Numbered from the stretch's first letter, positions 46,688-56,868 are shown. The stretch: DNA of 64,000 nt from Thermoproteota archaeon (GCA_037917685.1 JAVCBU010000006.1:288001-352000), one strand, 5' to 3'. The notes: generated from the letters alone by a model not told the origin. A program made the numbers and translations.

Positions 46688-48097
46688 TCATTTGTGATGT
46701 CTTACTTTAACAAATGGATGATGGTCGAAATAATTTATTTCACATGCCGATAATAATGTTTTACCAGTTCCTATCACCTCCCCCGCCGGATCGACAATTA
46801 TTACTTCATCGGAGGGTCTAATTTGATCGTCTAACTCTAAAACGTGGTCCGTGTACACTGATAGTCCTTCCAAAACATTCTTTACAAATTTATCTCTAAC
46901 CTTAACGGTGAAACGGCCATTTAACACTCTAGAGAGCCTCCTCGCCCCCTCCATGTTCGGGATGAAAAAGCCGTCCTCCGGCCTTATCATGCCGATGACA
47001 ATGTCCCCGTCCAAGACGTTCCTAAGCATCCCAGTTCTCTTCGATTTTGAACCTCTAATATTCCTGAGACACGTAGACACGTCTACCCCGTACTGAAACT
47101 CTAATGTACTCCTCACCTGCTCTCTAACAGTAGGTTTAGCTCTCGGCTCTCTAAATAATGGAAATTCCATATGGCTAAACGGATACACAAACCTAAGGCC
47201 AATAGGCACCTTGCCTAATGGAGTGTTGAAGCTTTTTCCATCTTTGATTTCCTTAAGCCTTCCATACGCCCGTCTAAGATCAGGTCTAAACCATGTCTCT
47301 ACACCATAATAGAATACTGGCCCCCTTCTCGTTCTAGGCTCGAACTTCTCCAAGATATCGGCATAGCTATCAAAAATATGAAATAGGCATTCAAGGCTGT
47401 TGGAATAGGCTCTCGCCGTTTCTTCAGCGAGATTCCACAGTTCACCATTTAAGATGGCGTTTCTCACTCGTGCGAATACCATTCTATAAACGTATAAGTT
47501 ATGCCCATATACATCTCCGCTCTCAGAGAGGCAATATGGGCAGGAGCAAGGCGTTTCCTCAAGCCTCTCTTTACCAATGCTGGAATACATGGTTAAGTAT
47601 AGACCCCTCTGAGAATATCTGAATGCTCCATCTGTCGCTATAATATCGCATCCAACAGAGTAGAGTAGCGGAAGAGTGGAGGGATGTCCATTGTAGATGC
47701 CTATTATAAGCTTATCCATGCCCAAGCTGAGTCTTGAAGTTATGATTTGGTCTATAAGCACCGTATTAAGGTTTGCCGGGATTTCGATGAAAATAAGGGA
47801 GAACCCGCCTTTCTTTATATATGAGGTGAATCCTTCAATATCCCCTGGTTCATCTCGAAGCCTGACATATCCTATACCCATCTTATAGCCGTCCACAATG
47901 CGGTCATTGTTTGGAAGTTCAATCTTTACATTCCCCAGCATGAGGGCTCCATTCTCATAGTGGAAATCACATGTGGGTAGCCGCCTCCCTCTTCTTCTCT
48001 GGGCTAGCCCGGGGATACGGAATGTCGAATCAGATATTCCAACCCTGCCAGCCCTTGCGAGGCCCTCTCTAACCGTGATCTTCAGGTTTACTTTCAT
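46688..48097 (-). CDS. Archaeosine TGT/ArcS-like protein with PUA domain, catalytic motifs degenerate
   Basis: AR.G.....P N-terminus, G.D, PCSCPYC..HNL Zn site, G.LW.L.E..AR, TPLG.VP....YP, FQYG, S..TG..R, IRP.DEV PUA; no DSGG or DLFDS. Confidence 0.7.
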   Translation of the reverse strand: MKVNLKITVREGLARAGRVGISDSTFRIPGLAQRRRGRRLPTCDFHYENGALMLGNVKIELPNNDRIVDGYKMGIGYVRLRDEPGDIEGFTSYIKKGGFSLIFIEIPANLNTVLIDQIITSRLSLGMDKLIIGIYNGHPSTLPLLYSVGCDIIATDGAFRYSQRGLYLTMYSSIGKERLEETPCSCPYCLSESGDVYGHNLYVYRMVFARVRNAILNGELWNLAEETARAYSNSLECLFHIFDSYADILEKFEPRTRRGPVFYYGVETWFRPDLRRAYGRLKEIKDGKSFNTPLGKVPIGLRFVYPFSHMEFPLFREPRAKPTVREQVRSTLEFQYGVDVSTCLRNIRGSKSKRTGMLRNVLDGDIVIGMIRPEDGFFIPNMEGARRLSRVLNGRFTVKVRDKFVKNVLEGLSVYTDHVLELDDQIRPSDEVIIVDPAGEVIGTGKTLLSACEINYFDHHPFVKVRHHK

Positions 48098-48854
48098 GCC
48101 TCATCGATCCGAAAAATATACATTCATCTCTTGGTATAAACATTATATTGCTGTGTATCCATCTATCCGTGCATCTTACGGGTGCGTTTCTTATTAGCAC
48201 GAATGGGGTTAGCTCGTCTCTCTCGCCAAAGTAAAGCTCGGCTGTTGAAGCAAGCATATCTGCAAGGGCTCTTCTCGTCACAAGGAGGGGTTTGCCGTAA
48301 ATATCAGGCTTACCCCTCTCATCAGAAAGGGGTTCAAAACCAGCCACGGCGAGAGCCACCCCAACGGTTCCCCTTCTTAGGGGTTCAATCCTGCTGTCAA
48401 CAATCAGTATCCCAATTTTAACTCCTGTCCTCTCATATATTTCGCGTCGCAGCCTATGTGCTACAGCCTCAGGATTCTCTGGGGGGAGCACAACCATTCC
48501 ATAGGGGGCGTTCGACTTGTCCACCCCTGCATTGCCCAGGACAACACCGTCCCTGATGGTTAGAATATAATGTTTAACACCCCCTATCACTTCGTTAGCC
48601 TCTCGAATTACCAGTTCAGCGATTTCGGGTGTTAAGTCGTACTTTAAAGCCATTTTCACAGCCTCAGCCGACGGTTTAACCTCGGAGAGGCTGACAAGAC
48701 GGCCTTGGCTATAAGACACAACCTTGCTTGTTACAGCTACCACATCCCCATCACTAATTCTAACTCCTGAATCCTCTAGCGCCCTAATTAAGGCTTCAGC
48801 CAGGTCTTCACCTATCCCTATAGGTTTATCTACTTTAACACCGATAACCTCCAT
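48069..48854 (-). CDS. cofE: Coenzyme F420:L-glutamate ligase family protein
   Basis: GD....TSK.VS...GR, NAGVDKSN, P.NP...A, I.DS...PLR.G..GVA, D.RG..D.YG..L..T....D..A..A....GE..E..P. Confidence 0.85.
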   Translation of the reverse strand: MEVIGVKVDKPIGIGEDLAEALIRALEDSGVRISDGDVVAVTSKVVSYSQGRLVSLSEVKPSAEAVKMALKYDLTPEIAELVIREANEVIGGVKHYILTIRDGVVLGNAGVDKSNAPYGMVVLPPENPEAVAHRLRREIYERTGVKIGILIVDSRIEPLRRGTVGVALAVAGFEPLSDERGKPDIYGKPLLVTRRALADMLASTAELYFGERDELTPFVLIRNAPVRCTDRWIHSNIMFIPRDECIFFGSMRHESKPEDHG

Positions 48855-48857
48855 TCC

Positions 48858-49616
48858 CTATACACCCAGATGGTCAGGCAGTTCAGCTATACTACTAACT
48901 ACGATATCAGGCTTATCCGTACTTTTCCTAATATCTTCAATGCCCGTTGCCCCTGTTAGAACCATAACCATCTCTGCACCGATCCTTCTAGCCAGGGCAA
49001 GATCTGTCTCGAACCTATCACCCACCACTATACACCTCCCCGTGGGAATCCCGATGGTCTCTTCTAGGATGAGGGTTGACGGCTTACCGATCAGTATAGG
49101 CCTCTTACCGGTGCAAGTCTCTATAGATGACACTATCGCACCAGCACCCGGCTCCAAACCCCCCTCCAACGGCAACGTTGCATCCCTATTCGTGGCGATA
49201 AAAACTGCGCCGTTAACCACAGCCTTAAAAGCTCTGCTAAGCTTTTCATAGTTGAAACCTCTGTCTAGACCAACGCAGACATAGTCAGCTGTCTTCCAGT
49301 CGCTTACAATGTCTAAACCTTGACCCTTAAGCTCAGCCAATAGCCCTTCTTCACCGATGACTAGCACTCTCCCGCCTTGTCTCTTTGCAATGTACCTCGC
49401 TGAAGCAAATCCAGATGTTATAACTTCATCGATGCTAACCTGTATCCCCATCCGCCAAAGCTTCTCTACATATTTGGCTCGGTGAAGGGTTGAATTGTTA
49501 GTGATAAAATATATGTTTCCTATCTTTCTGATCCTCGCTAGGGCATCTGAGGCTCCCTTTACTGGGGTGTTACCCCTGTACACCACCCCGTCAAGGTCTA
49601 TAAGAAAAGTAGGCAT
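48858..49616 (-). CDS. HAD-IIA (NagD/phosphoglycolate phosphatase-like) hydrolase
   Basis: DLDGV, TNNS, ATN.D, PG.GA, GKP, VGDR..TD, VLTG. Confidence 0.88.
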   Translation of the reverse strand: MPTFLIDLDGVVYRGNTPVKGASDALARIRKIGNIYFITNNSTLHRAKYVEKLWRMGIQVSIDEVITSGFASARYIAKRQGGRVLVIGEEGLLAELKGQGLDIVSDWKTADYVCVGLDRGFNYEKLSRAFKAVVNGAVFIATNRDATLPLEGGLEPGAGAIVSSIETCTGKRPILIGKPSTLILEETIGIPTGRCIVVGDRFETDLALARRIGAEMVMVLTGATGIEDIRKSTDKPDIVVSSIAELPDHLGV

Positions 49617-49617
49617 C

Positions 49618-50604
49618 CTAAGCCTTACCCTCAAGAACTTCTGGGTTCACTATTGTCGGCGGTTTCCTACCCTCGAAGAATGCAATCAGATTCTCAGCGA
49701 CTATCTCAGCCATCCGTGACCTAGTTTCAATTGATGCACTGGCAATGTGGGGCGTAGCTACGAAATTGTCAAGCTCGAGCAGCGGGTTGGTTGTAGGTGT
49801 AGGCTCCTGCTCGAAAACATCACAGGCAGCAGCGAATATCCACTTCTCCTTCAAAGCCCTATACAACGCTTCCTGGTCGACAACCTTACCCCTAGCAGTA
49901 TTGATTAGTACAGCTGTCGGCTTCATAAGCTTAAGTTCCCTCTCACCAATGAGATGATACGTTCCCTCTGTTAATGGGACATGAAGACTTACAAAGTCAG
50001 CCTCCCTTAGAAGATCATCAAGCTCCCGGTACTCAATTCCAAGCTTCTCCTCGAGATCCTTCCTTCTTATAACATCGTAGTAAATAATCTTCATGTCGAA
50101 TCCCTTAGCGCGCTTTGCAACAGCGCTACCTATTCTACCAAGCCCCACGATCCCCAGAGTTCTGCCGTAGACATCTTGGCCAAGCATCATCAGGGGATGC
50201 CATCCAACCTTCCACTTACCAGCCCTAACATACTTATCAGCTTCAACAACCCTTCTAGCCGCTGAGAGTAGCAATGCCATCGTGAAGTCGGCAACTGTCT
50301 CAGTTAAAACGCCAGGAGTATTGGTGACTACTATACTCCTCTCCGTGGCAGCCTTAACATCAATATTATCGTATCCCACGGCGTACTGTGCAATAATCTT
50401 AAGGTTCGGCGCTGCATCCATCACCTCGGCGTCTATAGGATCCGTAAGAAGCGAAACAAGAGCATCCTTATCCCTAACCTTCTCAATGATCACCTTCTTC
50501 GGCGGGGGAGCCTCCTCAGGCCATATCTCAACATCAAACCTCTCCCTGATCTTATTAAGCCCCCTTTCGGGTATCATCCTCGTCATATACACTTTAGGCT
50601 TCAA
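49618..50604 (-). CDS. gyaR: Glyoxylate/hydroxypyruvate reductase
   Basis: AVGYDNID, TNTPGVLT..AD, GLGRIG, INTARG, DVFE.EP, PHIASA; close to the Thermococcales GyaR pattern. Confidence 0.9.
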   Translation of the reverse strand: MKPKVYMTRMIPERGLNKIRERFDVEIWPEEAPPPKKVIIEKVRDKDALVSLLTDPIDAEVMDAAPNLKIIAQYAVGYDNIDVKAATERSIVVTNTPGVLTETVADFTMALLLSAARRVVEADKYVRAGKWKVGWHPLMMLGQDVYGRTLGIVGLGRIGSAVAKRAKGFDMKIIYYDVIRRKDLEEKLGIEYRELDDLLREADFVSLHVPLTEGTYHLIGERELKLMKPTAVLINTARGKVVDQEALYRALKEKWIFAAACDVFEQEPTPTTNPLLELDNFVATPHIASASIETRSRMAEIVAENLIAFFEGRKPPTIVNPEVLEGKA

Positions 50605-50650
50605 ACATTATCACCTCCACCAAACTCTTACCGATACATACCTATTAACC

Positions 50651-51187
50651 TTACCGCAGAGGCTTAAACAATGAGAGGAGATAAACAGCTTCCCTCCTCC
50701 TCTCACTTGTAACCCTGACAGCAACGAAACCCTCCCCTGGCTGGCCGTAAACCATTACCCAACCATCAGGGGCCAATATGACAGCCGGAAAGCCAAGCAG
50801 ATCCTCCTCACCATCAACAAGCACGAAAACTCTTACACCATCAATCGAAGACTCAATAGCAGACTTAACAGCATGCCAAGCCTTAACCGTTATGCATCCA
50901 GGCGGATTCTCAGTACTAAGAACCCTATAGCCCTCCGGGGGCTTCAAAGGGTACGGCATCCTCTCCACAAACCCGTCCCCAATAATAACTGCGGGCCTCA
51001 GCCCTGCAAGAACGAAGCTGGAGCCAACAAAATCCCCAACAGCCACGACATTCACTCCTTTGAAAATATGAGGATCTAAACTCCTATATAACATCCCCCT
51101 AGGCTTCCTAACAATCCTCGCAACCTCCTCTGTTACCCTAAGATCCACCAAAAGGTTCAAATTCTCATCCAGAAAACCCAACCACAC
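50651..51187 (-). CDS. GTP-dependent dephospho-CoA kinase (DUF359)
   Basis: VGD, D...R, NPPG.IT, V.GEEDLL..P, YGQP.EG. Confidence 0.85.
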   Translation of the reverse strand: MWLGFLDENLNLLVDLRVTEEVARIVRKPRGMLYRSLDPHIFKGVNVVAVGDFVGSSFVLAGLRPAVIIGDGFVERMPYPLKPPEGYRVLSTENPPGCITVKAWHAVKSAIESSIDGVRVFVLVDGEEDLLGFPAVILAPDGWVMVYGQPGEGFVAVRVTSERRREAVYLLSLFKPLR

Positions 51188-51457
51188 CCCCCGGCCTATT
51201 ACCCCCTACGAAATTTAGAAATATTACCAGACCCTTTCCGAATTGAAAGTAGGCGTGGTTGAAATACGCGATAATGGAAGGATAATAAAAGTACATAGAC
51301 GGCTTAGAGGTGGCAGGGAAACCTTAATCAGCTATACCTCTCGATCCTTTCAAAACTGAAAACTTTTATCAGCAGAGGAATATTTGGCTTGGCTATTTGC
51401 AATGAGCTTATAAGCTGACTTATTAACTACATCAGGGTTACTATTTATAGGGTTTGT

Positions 51458-51898
51458 TTGAGCCTCGTTGAGGTAGCGGTCTGCAAGCTCGTTGAAAGTC
51501 TAGGTGACAGAGTTGTTGCAGTAGCCCTATTTGGCAGTAGGGCTAGAGGTGAATCCTCTGAGCATAGTGATTATGACTTCCTAGTCATTGTTAGGGATAT
51601 GGATGAATGTGACAGGAGATTTAAGATTTATGATCCGCTGTACAAAGTTTTAAAGCGGGATATCACAGTGATTGATATTTCTGAAGACAAGATTTTCAGG
51701 GAGAATCTTGAGATAGACTCCTTCCTTTTAAATATAGCTTATGATGGTGTTATCCTGTACGATCCATCCGGTAAGCTTAAAGAACTCTTTAATAGGATCA
51801 AGAAGGCTATTAAAGGTAAACTAGTCAGGTACAAGACAAAAGATGGGAAATATGGGTGGAAGCCCTTGGATGGGTTTTTAAAGCCAATAGAGGTGTAA
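51458..51898 (+). CDS. Minimal nucleotidyltransferase (MNT antitoxin)
   Basis: LFGSRARGE....SDYDFLVI, G.ILYD. Confidence 0.85.
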   Translation: MSLVEVAVCKLVESLGDRVVAVALFGSRARGESSEHSDYDFLVIVRDMDECDRRFKIYDPLYKVLKRDITVIDISEDKIFRENLEIDSFLLNIAYDGVILYDPSGKLKELFNRIKKAIKGKLVRYKTKDGKYGWKPLDGFLKPIEV

Positions 51899-51902
51899 AA
51901 GT

Positions 51903-52338
51903 TTGAAGATAAATCCTGAGAGTGAGGTGAAGTATAGGATTAAGCTTGCAGAGGGGTATGCGGAGAGAGCCAGGAAATTTCTCAGGCAGGGCTTCTACAA
52001 AGAATGTGTCGAAGCAGCCCAGTTGTCAATAGAGAACTCGGCGAAGGCCATCGTAGCCCTTAGAAGAATGCCGAGCTGGAGCCATGATCCGTCTCAAGAG
52101 CTCTACGAGATAATACCTGAGCTACCAGAAAAATGTAGGAAGCTGGCAGAGAGACTTGCCCATTTATCTCACGCAGTTGCTCCTGAGCATGGCACCTCAA
52201 CTTATGGAAGACCCAGTGAGTCTAGCCCCCTGGGAGATTTACGATGAGGAAGATGCCAGAAACATTCTAAAAAAGGTTGAAGAAGCCCTTAAGCTTATGA
52301 AACAAATACTTCAAACATTGCATAAGCATGCCCCCTGA
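51903..52338 (+). pseudogene. HEPN protein with frameshift near 52220
   Basis: AQL..EN..KA......P...HDP then YGRPSE; the expected continuation LAPWEIYDEEDA is in another frame. Confidence 0.75.
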
Positions 52339-52641
52339 AAATTAGACCTTTTACGCGCGCGATCCTTGCAACTGTCTCCTGAACCTTGATTATCACACCT
52401 CATCATCCACCTCCTCCTCAAGTATCTTAAGAGATTTAACAATCATCTGTATCCCGCTATTAGCTGGCCAGCTACTATGGCGGTTATATCCGCAAGGGCG
52501 ACCCCGACGTATAGCCCTCTCTCGTATGGTGTTAAAGTACTATTGAATGTAGCCGTGCTCATCAAGTAGTCAAAGTTTGTCACCCAGTAGAGGTCATATA
52601 CTCCCTGGAAAATAAATCCTCAACAAAATCCAGGATACTAG

Positions 52642-52730
52642 TGGGGCCGCCGGGATTTGAACCCGGGATCACCAGCGCCCCAGGCTGGCATCCTTTTGTG
52701 CACATGCTTACCAAGCTGGACCACGGCCCC
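52642..52730 (-). tRNA. tRNA-Pro(GGG) with ~15-nt non-canonical intron in D-arm (52694..52708, position ~21/22)
   Basis: GGGGCCG acceptor stem pairs with CGGCCCC-A; anticodon arm CCAGC-CUGGGGC-GCUGG; T-arm CCGGG-UUCAAAU-CCCGG; removing AGCAUGUGCACAAAA restores GUCCAGCUUGGUAGGAUG; CCA not encoded. Confidence 0.92.
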
Positions 52731-52833
52731 AAAGAGCCTTCTGACAAGCTCACTAATATAACAGCCTATTGGTTTTTAATGTTTATTTTTGAATGTATTC
52801 CAGGTGTAAGCGATACTAGGGATATCATTTCGG

Positions 52834-53751
52834 CTAAAGGGGTATCTGAAATTCTTGAAGGTCTTTTGCTAGTATTACTTTGTTGAAGTATTGTTTCGCT
52901 TCTTGTAGTATCTCTTCTAGGTCTTGATTATCATATCTTGCACTGAAGTGCGTTAGGGCTAGAGCTTTTACCTGTGCCTCTCTAGCTATCTGACATGCTT
53001 CCTCCACGGTGCTGTGCCATGTTTCTTTGGCTCTTTCTTTCATGTCCGACCTGAACGTTGCATCATGTATTAGTAAGTCGGCTTTCCATGCAGCTTTAAC
53101 TGTCTCAGACGTTGGTCTTGTGTCGCTTGAGTATACTACTTTCCTCCCCGGTCTTGGAGGCCCTAATACGTCTTTTGGGTGGACTATTCTCCCGTTTGGT
53201 AGTTCTACGGGGATTCCCTTCTGTAAGAGCCCCCTTAGCATTCTTGGTACGCCTAGCTCGTCTGACTTCTTTACATCATACTTTCCGGGTAGCGGTTTCT
53301 CTTCTAGGACTATACCATAGGTTGGAATGTCCCCGTGCTCAACCTTGAACGTTTTTATCCTGTAGTCCTGGTAGGTATAGATTGTAGGTCTGTCAAATTC
53401 TTCTATTTTTATAGGGAACGCTTCCCTGAACCTTGCCACTCTGCATGCCGTTTCTACGTACTCTTTTATCCCTGTCGGCCCATATATCTCTAGAGGGCTT
53501 GTTCTCCTCAGTATCGACATTGTTTGCAGTAGGGCTGGCAAGCCTAAGAAGTGGTCGCCATGGAGGTGGGTTATGAATATTCTTTTCAGCCGGCTTATCC
53601 CCAGTTTGGACCTTATGATTTGCCTTTGGGTTCCATCCCCGCAGTCTATTAAGATGTATTCTCCTCCTCTTTTTATGGCTATGCTTGTTAGGCCTCTATC
53701 CTTGGTTGGGACGGCGCTGGAAGTGCCGAGGAATACTACTTTTAAGAGCAA
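52834..53751 (-). CDS. rnz: Ribonuclease Z
   Basis: LGT..A.PT..R, DCG.GTQ, THLHGDH..G, GP.RPG, SDT.P, HDATF, HST, THFS.RY. Confidence 0.95.
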   Translation of the reverse strand: MLLKVVFLGTSSAVPTKDRGLTSIAIKRGGEYILIDCGDGTQRQIIRSKLGISRLKRIFITHLHGDHFLGLPALLQTMSILRRTSPLEIYGPTGIKEYVETACRVARFREAFPIKIEEFDRPTIYTYQDYRIKTFKVEHGDIPTYGIVLEEKPLPGKYDVKKSDELGVPRMLRGLLQKGIPVELPNGRIVHPKDVLGPPRPGRKVVYSSDTRPTSETVKAAWKADLLIHDATFRSDMKERAKETWHSTVEEACQIAREAQVKALALTHFSARYDNQDLEEILQEAKQYFNKVILAKDLQEFQIPL

Positions 53752-53754
53752 GTT

Positions 53755-54777
53755 CTACCTCCTCGCGACGGTAAATTTTCTAGTTAGCCCTCCGTGGACA
53801 TACTGGTAGTGTTTTTCTAAAACTTTGAAGCCCGAGTCTTCAAGGTACTCCTCTATTTTTGACTCTTTAGGAGTTGCGATGCAAATGTATCCGCCTGGCT
53901 TGAGGTAGGTAGCTGCTTTTCGGGCGAATATTTTCAGCAGTTCCTCCCTACTTTGGCCGTGGGGCATAGTTCCTCTTCCGTACGGTGGATCAGTGGCTAT
54001 TGCATCGATGTTTTCATTATATTCCAAGTAAAGGGCGTTTCCATGGTGTAGTTCGACGTTTTCTATCCCATAGTATAGCATTACCTGTTCAGCTTCTCTT
54101 ATTCTTCTCATTGATATGTCTACTCCTATTGCGTGGCATCCTATTAGAGAAGCCTCGACTAGAATACCGCCAGATCCACAGAATGGGTCGAGGAGGGTTT
54201 CTCCAGGTTTGGCTCTTGCTAGATTAACCATTGCCCGGCACACTGTGGGTTTCATCGCCCCTGGGTGGAAGAACGCCTGTAGACTTGCCTCTCTTGCGAC
54301 AAGCACCGACCTGTCAACATCTTTGATTGTTTTCCCTACGATGCAGTATTTATCTGTGAGTAGGACAGTTATTTCAACCTGCGGGTTCTCCATATCTCCC
54401 TTAAGATGTGGATTCCAGGATTTTACCATCCTTCCAAGCTCTCTTTCAACCTTCAGTCTTTCAACTTCAGCCTTGAAGCTTCCTGTCTTGTAGGCTCTCA
54501 CCCTGAAGGTTTCAGCCTCCACCTCGAATGGTTCTATCCTTCTCAGGTCTTCCAAGCTTTTGAAGTTTTCCAGAGTTCGTATGTGTTGGCAAATTTTCTG
54601 TGTGTACGCTGCCCTTCTTGATATTGCTTCTATGGAGCTTTCGCCGGCTTCAAATATGAGGCATTTAAAACATGTCTTAATTATTCGGTATTTTACCCTT
54701 TCCGCTTCAAGTATGCCCCTAATCTCGGCTGCGGGTATGGTTGGGTTTTCTCCTGAGAGGATTGCAAATAGCTTCAA
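53755..54777 (-). CDS. trm11: tRNA m2G10 methyltransferase (Trm11/TrmG10, THUMP domain)
   Basis: LSGE....AE, FF.PG.M.P...R..VNL, DPFCGSGG...EA, TDPPYG, VH..LTR. Confidence 0.88.
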   Translation of the reverse strand: MKLFAILSGENPTIPAAEIRGILEAERVKYRIIKTCFKCLIFEAGESSIEAISRRAAYTQKICQHIRTLENFKSLEDLRRIEPFEVEAETFRVRAYKTGSFKAEVERLKVERELGRMVKSWNPHLKGDMENPQVEITVLLTDKYCIVGKTIKDVDRSVLVAREASLQAFFHPGAMKPTVCRAMVNLARAKPGETLLDPFCGSGGILVEASLIGCHAIGVDISMRRIREAEQVMLYYGIENVELHHGNALYLEYNENIDAIATDPPYGRGTMPHGQSREELLKIFARKAATYLKPGGYICIATPKESKIEEYLEDSGFKVLEKHYQYVHGGLTRKFTVARR

Positions 54778-55766
54778 CGAGTATCACCAATCAGCATGGA
54801 GACTTCTTCTAAGAGCTTGCTGATACCTTGGCCTGTGGCCGCTGATATTATGCGGATGTTCTTCACTCTCTCATTTAACTTTCTTAGCCCATACTTAAAT
54901 GTTTCAAGGTCGGATTTATTTGCTGTTACGATAAACTTTTCTTTGTCCACTATCTGCCTCAAACTATCCAGTATTGCAAGCTGATTCTCAAGCGGGTACC
55001 CACACGTCTCCGTTGGATCTACAAGAAACACGACAACCTTGGCTAAATGTCTTATGGCGGCGATAGCCCTTCTTTCAACATTATTATGCTCTTCTAGTGG
55101 CTTGTCAAGAATCCCAGGTGTGTCTATGACTTGAACCACCTGCCCTCTGAGTGTTATGTGTCCAACAATAATATTCTTAGTTGTGAAAGGGTATTCAGCT
55201 ATTTTAGGCTTAGCCTTTGTAATTCTTTTCAGAAGCGTGCTTTTACCTGTGTTTGGTGCGCCGGCAAGGACGAGTGACGGCATATCGGTGTCTATGGTTG
55301 CGAGTTTGTCAAGCTTAACTGCGACATCCTTTATGAATTCGAGCTCGGGTGAAATCTGCTTTATGACCGAGGAGAATCTCCCAGTTGCGCTCTTTCTAAT
55401 CCTAATAAGTTCCCTCTCCGAATCTGCAACCCTTAGAAGCCTTCTATGCTGCCTTAATATCCTCTTAACCGTGCGATATGCCCAGTCAGCAGCCCCTAGT
55501 GAATGTTTAAGCTTGTCTACATCGATGAATGTAGAAATGAGTTCCCTGTAGAATGGGTGTAGGCTATCTATGCTTGGAAATCCTCTCACGACATTGTAGA
55601 GAAATCTCTGGGCTGCACCCTCAAACTGTTCTAGCCGTACCCGTTCCACGTATCTTCGTCTATCTATCCCTTTGAGTGTTGTAGGGACTTGTTTCCTCCT
55701 AAATGCTTTGCGGAAGGCGTAGTCTATTATCTCGTCTGAAGTGTAAACCATTGGCAGTTTTAGCAT
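54774..55766 (-). CDS. NOG1-family GTPase
   Basis: LHPFY, G.PN.GKST, YPFTTK...GH, DTPG.LD, D....CG, NKSD, SA. Confidence 0.92.
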   Translation of the reverse strand: MLKLPMVYTSDEIIDYAFRKAFRRKQVPTTLKGIDRRRYVERVRLEQFEGAAQRFLYNVVRGFPSIDSLHPFYRELISTFIDVDKLKHSLGAADWAYRTVKRILRQHRRLLRVADSERELIRIRKSATGRFSSVIKQISPELEFIKDVAVKLDKLATIDTDMPSLVLAGAPNTGKSTLLKRITKAKPKIAEYPFTTKNIIVGHITLRGQVVQVIDTPGILDKPLEEHNNVERRAIAAIRHLAKVVVFLVDPTETCGYPLENQLAILDSLRQIVDKEKFIVTANKSDLETFKYGLRKLNERVKNIRIISAATGQGISKLLEEVSMLIGDTR

Positions 55767-55767
55767 T

Positions 55768-56868
55768 CTAACCGCCCGGAAGGTAGAAAAGTAGCATGCT
55801 TAAGCCAAGGGTGCCCCAGACAGCTATACTTATAGCATAGAGTATTTTCCTCCTTCCCTCAAGGTACATCTCTACTATCTTACCCCCATCTGCGGGGAGA
55901 GCGGGTAGAAAGTTAAACATAGCTAATCCAAGGTTTATCCACATATTTAGACTTAGGTAGGTGTAGATTTTAACGGCAAGCTCTCCCTTGACGTTTATCC
56001 TAGGCTTGTAGTAATCGCCAGTGTATAATTTAAGACCCATAAACCCTATACTCCTGTTCCTAGGGTTTTCAGCAAGCCTGACTGTGAAATTCCCCCTCTC
56101 GGTTGTTATTACAAGGTCTTCCCCCGGCTTAGTACCCAACATATACCTTGCCAGCTCTAGGTAGCTTCTTATTCTGGTGTCATTCAGCGCTATAATTATA
56201 TCTCCAGCCCTCAAAACTCCTTCAGATGGCTGCCCCTTTAAAGGCTCAACTATGTACACGCCATATGGTTCTCGGGGGAAGCCTATGAACATTGACGCTA
56301 TAAGAATGAATGTGAGTCCTGCGACAATATAGTTTCCCACGCTTCCGGCGGAGTATATCCTAAACCTTTTCCTACGCGAAACCTTTTTAAGATCTTCATC
56401 TTCAAGCTCGACAAAAAAACCTATAAGCGCAAATAACACTGCAAGGCCAGCGTTTTTCACCCTAACCCCCATTGATAGTGCAGTTAGCCCATGGAAAGCC
56501 TCGTGTACCACGGCAAGCACTACTATCGTAGCTATTAAAGCCCAGTCAAATGGGATGGTTACATATGGGATTAATGGTATAGCAGCAGGCTGATTCGAGT
56601 ACCCAAGGACCTGATTTATGGTTTTCGAAGCCAGATACCACAAGCCGAATACAGCACTTGCTGGTGCGAGGATGTACCCTAAAACTGACAGCGTTGAAAC
56701 AACATTCCTTACCACGCCTGGAGTATTAAAGATTAGATCTTTAAGCTTTTCAATCCTCCACACTAATATGAAGGGGTCTATCTCTATCCCGTACCTTTCA
56801 AGTTTAGCTAAATTCCCTAAAAAGTACAACGCAGCCCAGAATACTATTAGGCAGATCAATAGGCTCAT
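55768..56868 (-). CDS. Site-2 protease (M50) with PDZ domain
   Basis: HEAFH, G.FVE, AG..GN, N.LPALPADGG. Confidence 0.9.
   Translation of the reverse strand: MSLLICLIVFWAALYFLGNLAKLERYGIEIDPFILVWRIEKLKDLIFNTPGVVRNVVSTLSVLGYILAPASAVFGLWYLASKTINQVLGYSNQPAAIPLIPYVTIPFDWALIATIVVLAVVHEAFHGLTALSMGVRVKNAGLAVLFALIGFFVELEDEDLKKVSRRKRFRIYSAGSVGNYIVAGLTFILIASMFIGFPREPYGVYIVEPLKGQPSEGVLRAGDIIIALNDTRIRSYLELARYMLGTKPGEDLVITTERGNFTVRLAENPRNRSIGFMGLKLYTGDYYKPRINVKGELAVKIYTYLSLNMWINLGLAMFNFLPALPADGGKIVEMYLEGRRKILYAISIAVWGTLGLSMLLFYLPGG

Noticed and set aside
48069-48854. cofE as evidence of methanogenesis
   Set aside because: CofE homologs are widespread in non-methanogens and no other F420 or methanogenesis genes are in the window
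51222-51265. CRISPR-repeat-like ends (AATTGAAAG, GTTGAAAT)
   Set aside because: No repeated unit with regular spacers and no cas genes
52641-52886. 81-aa ORF MGPPGFEPG...
   Set aside because: Antisense translation of the tRNA-Pro gene
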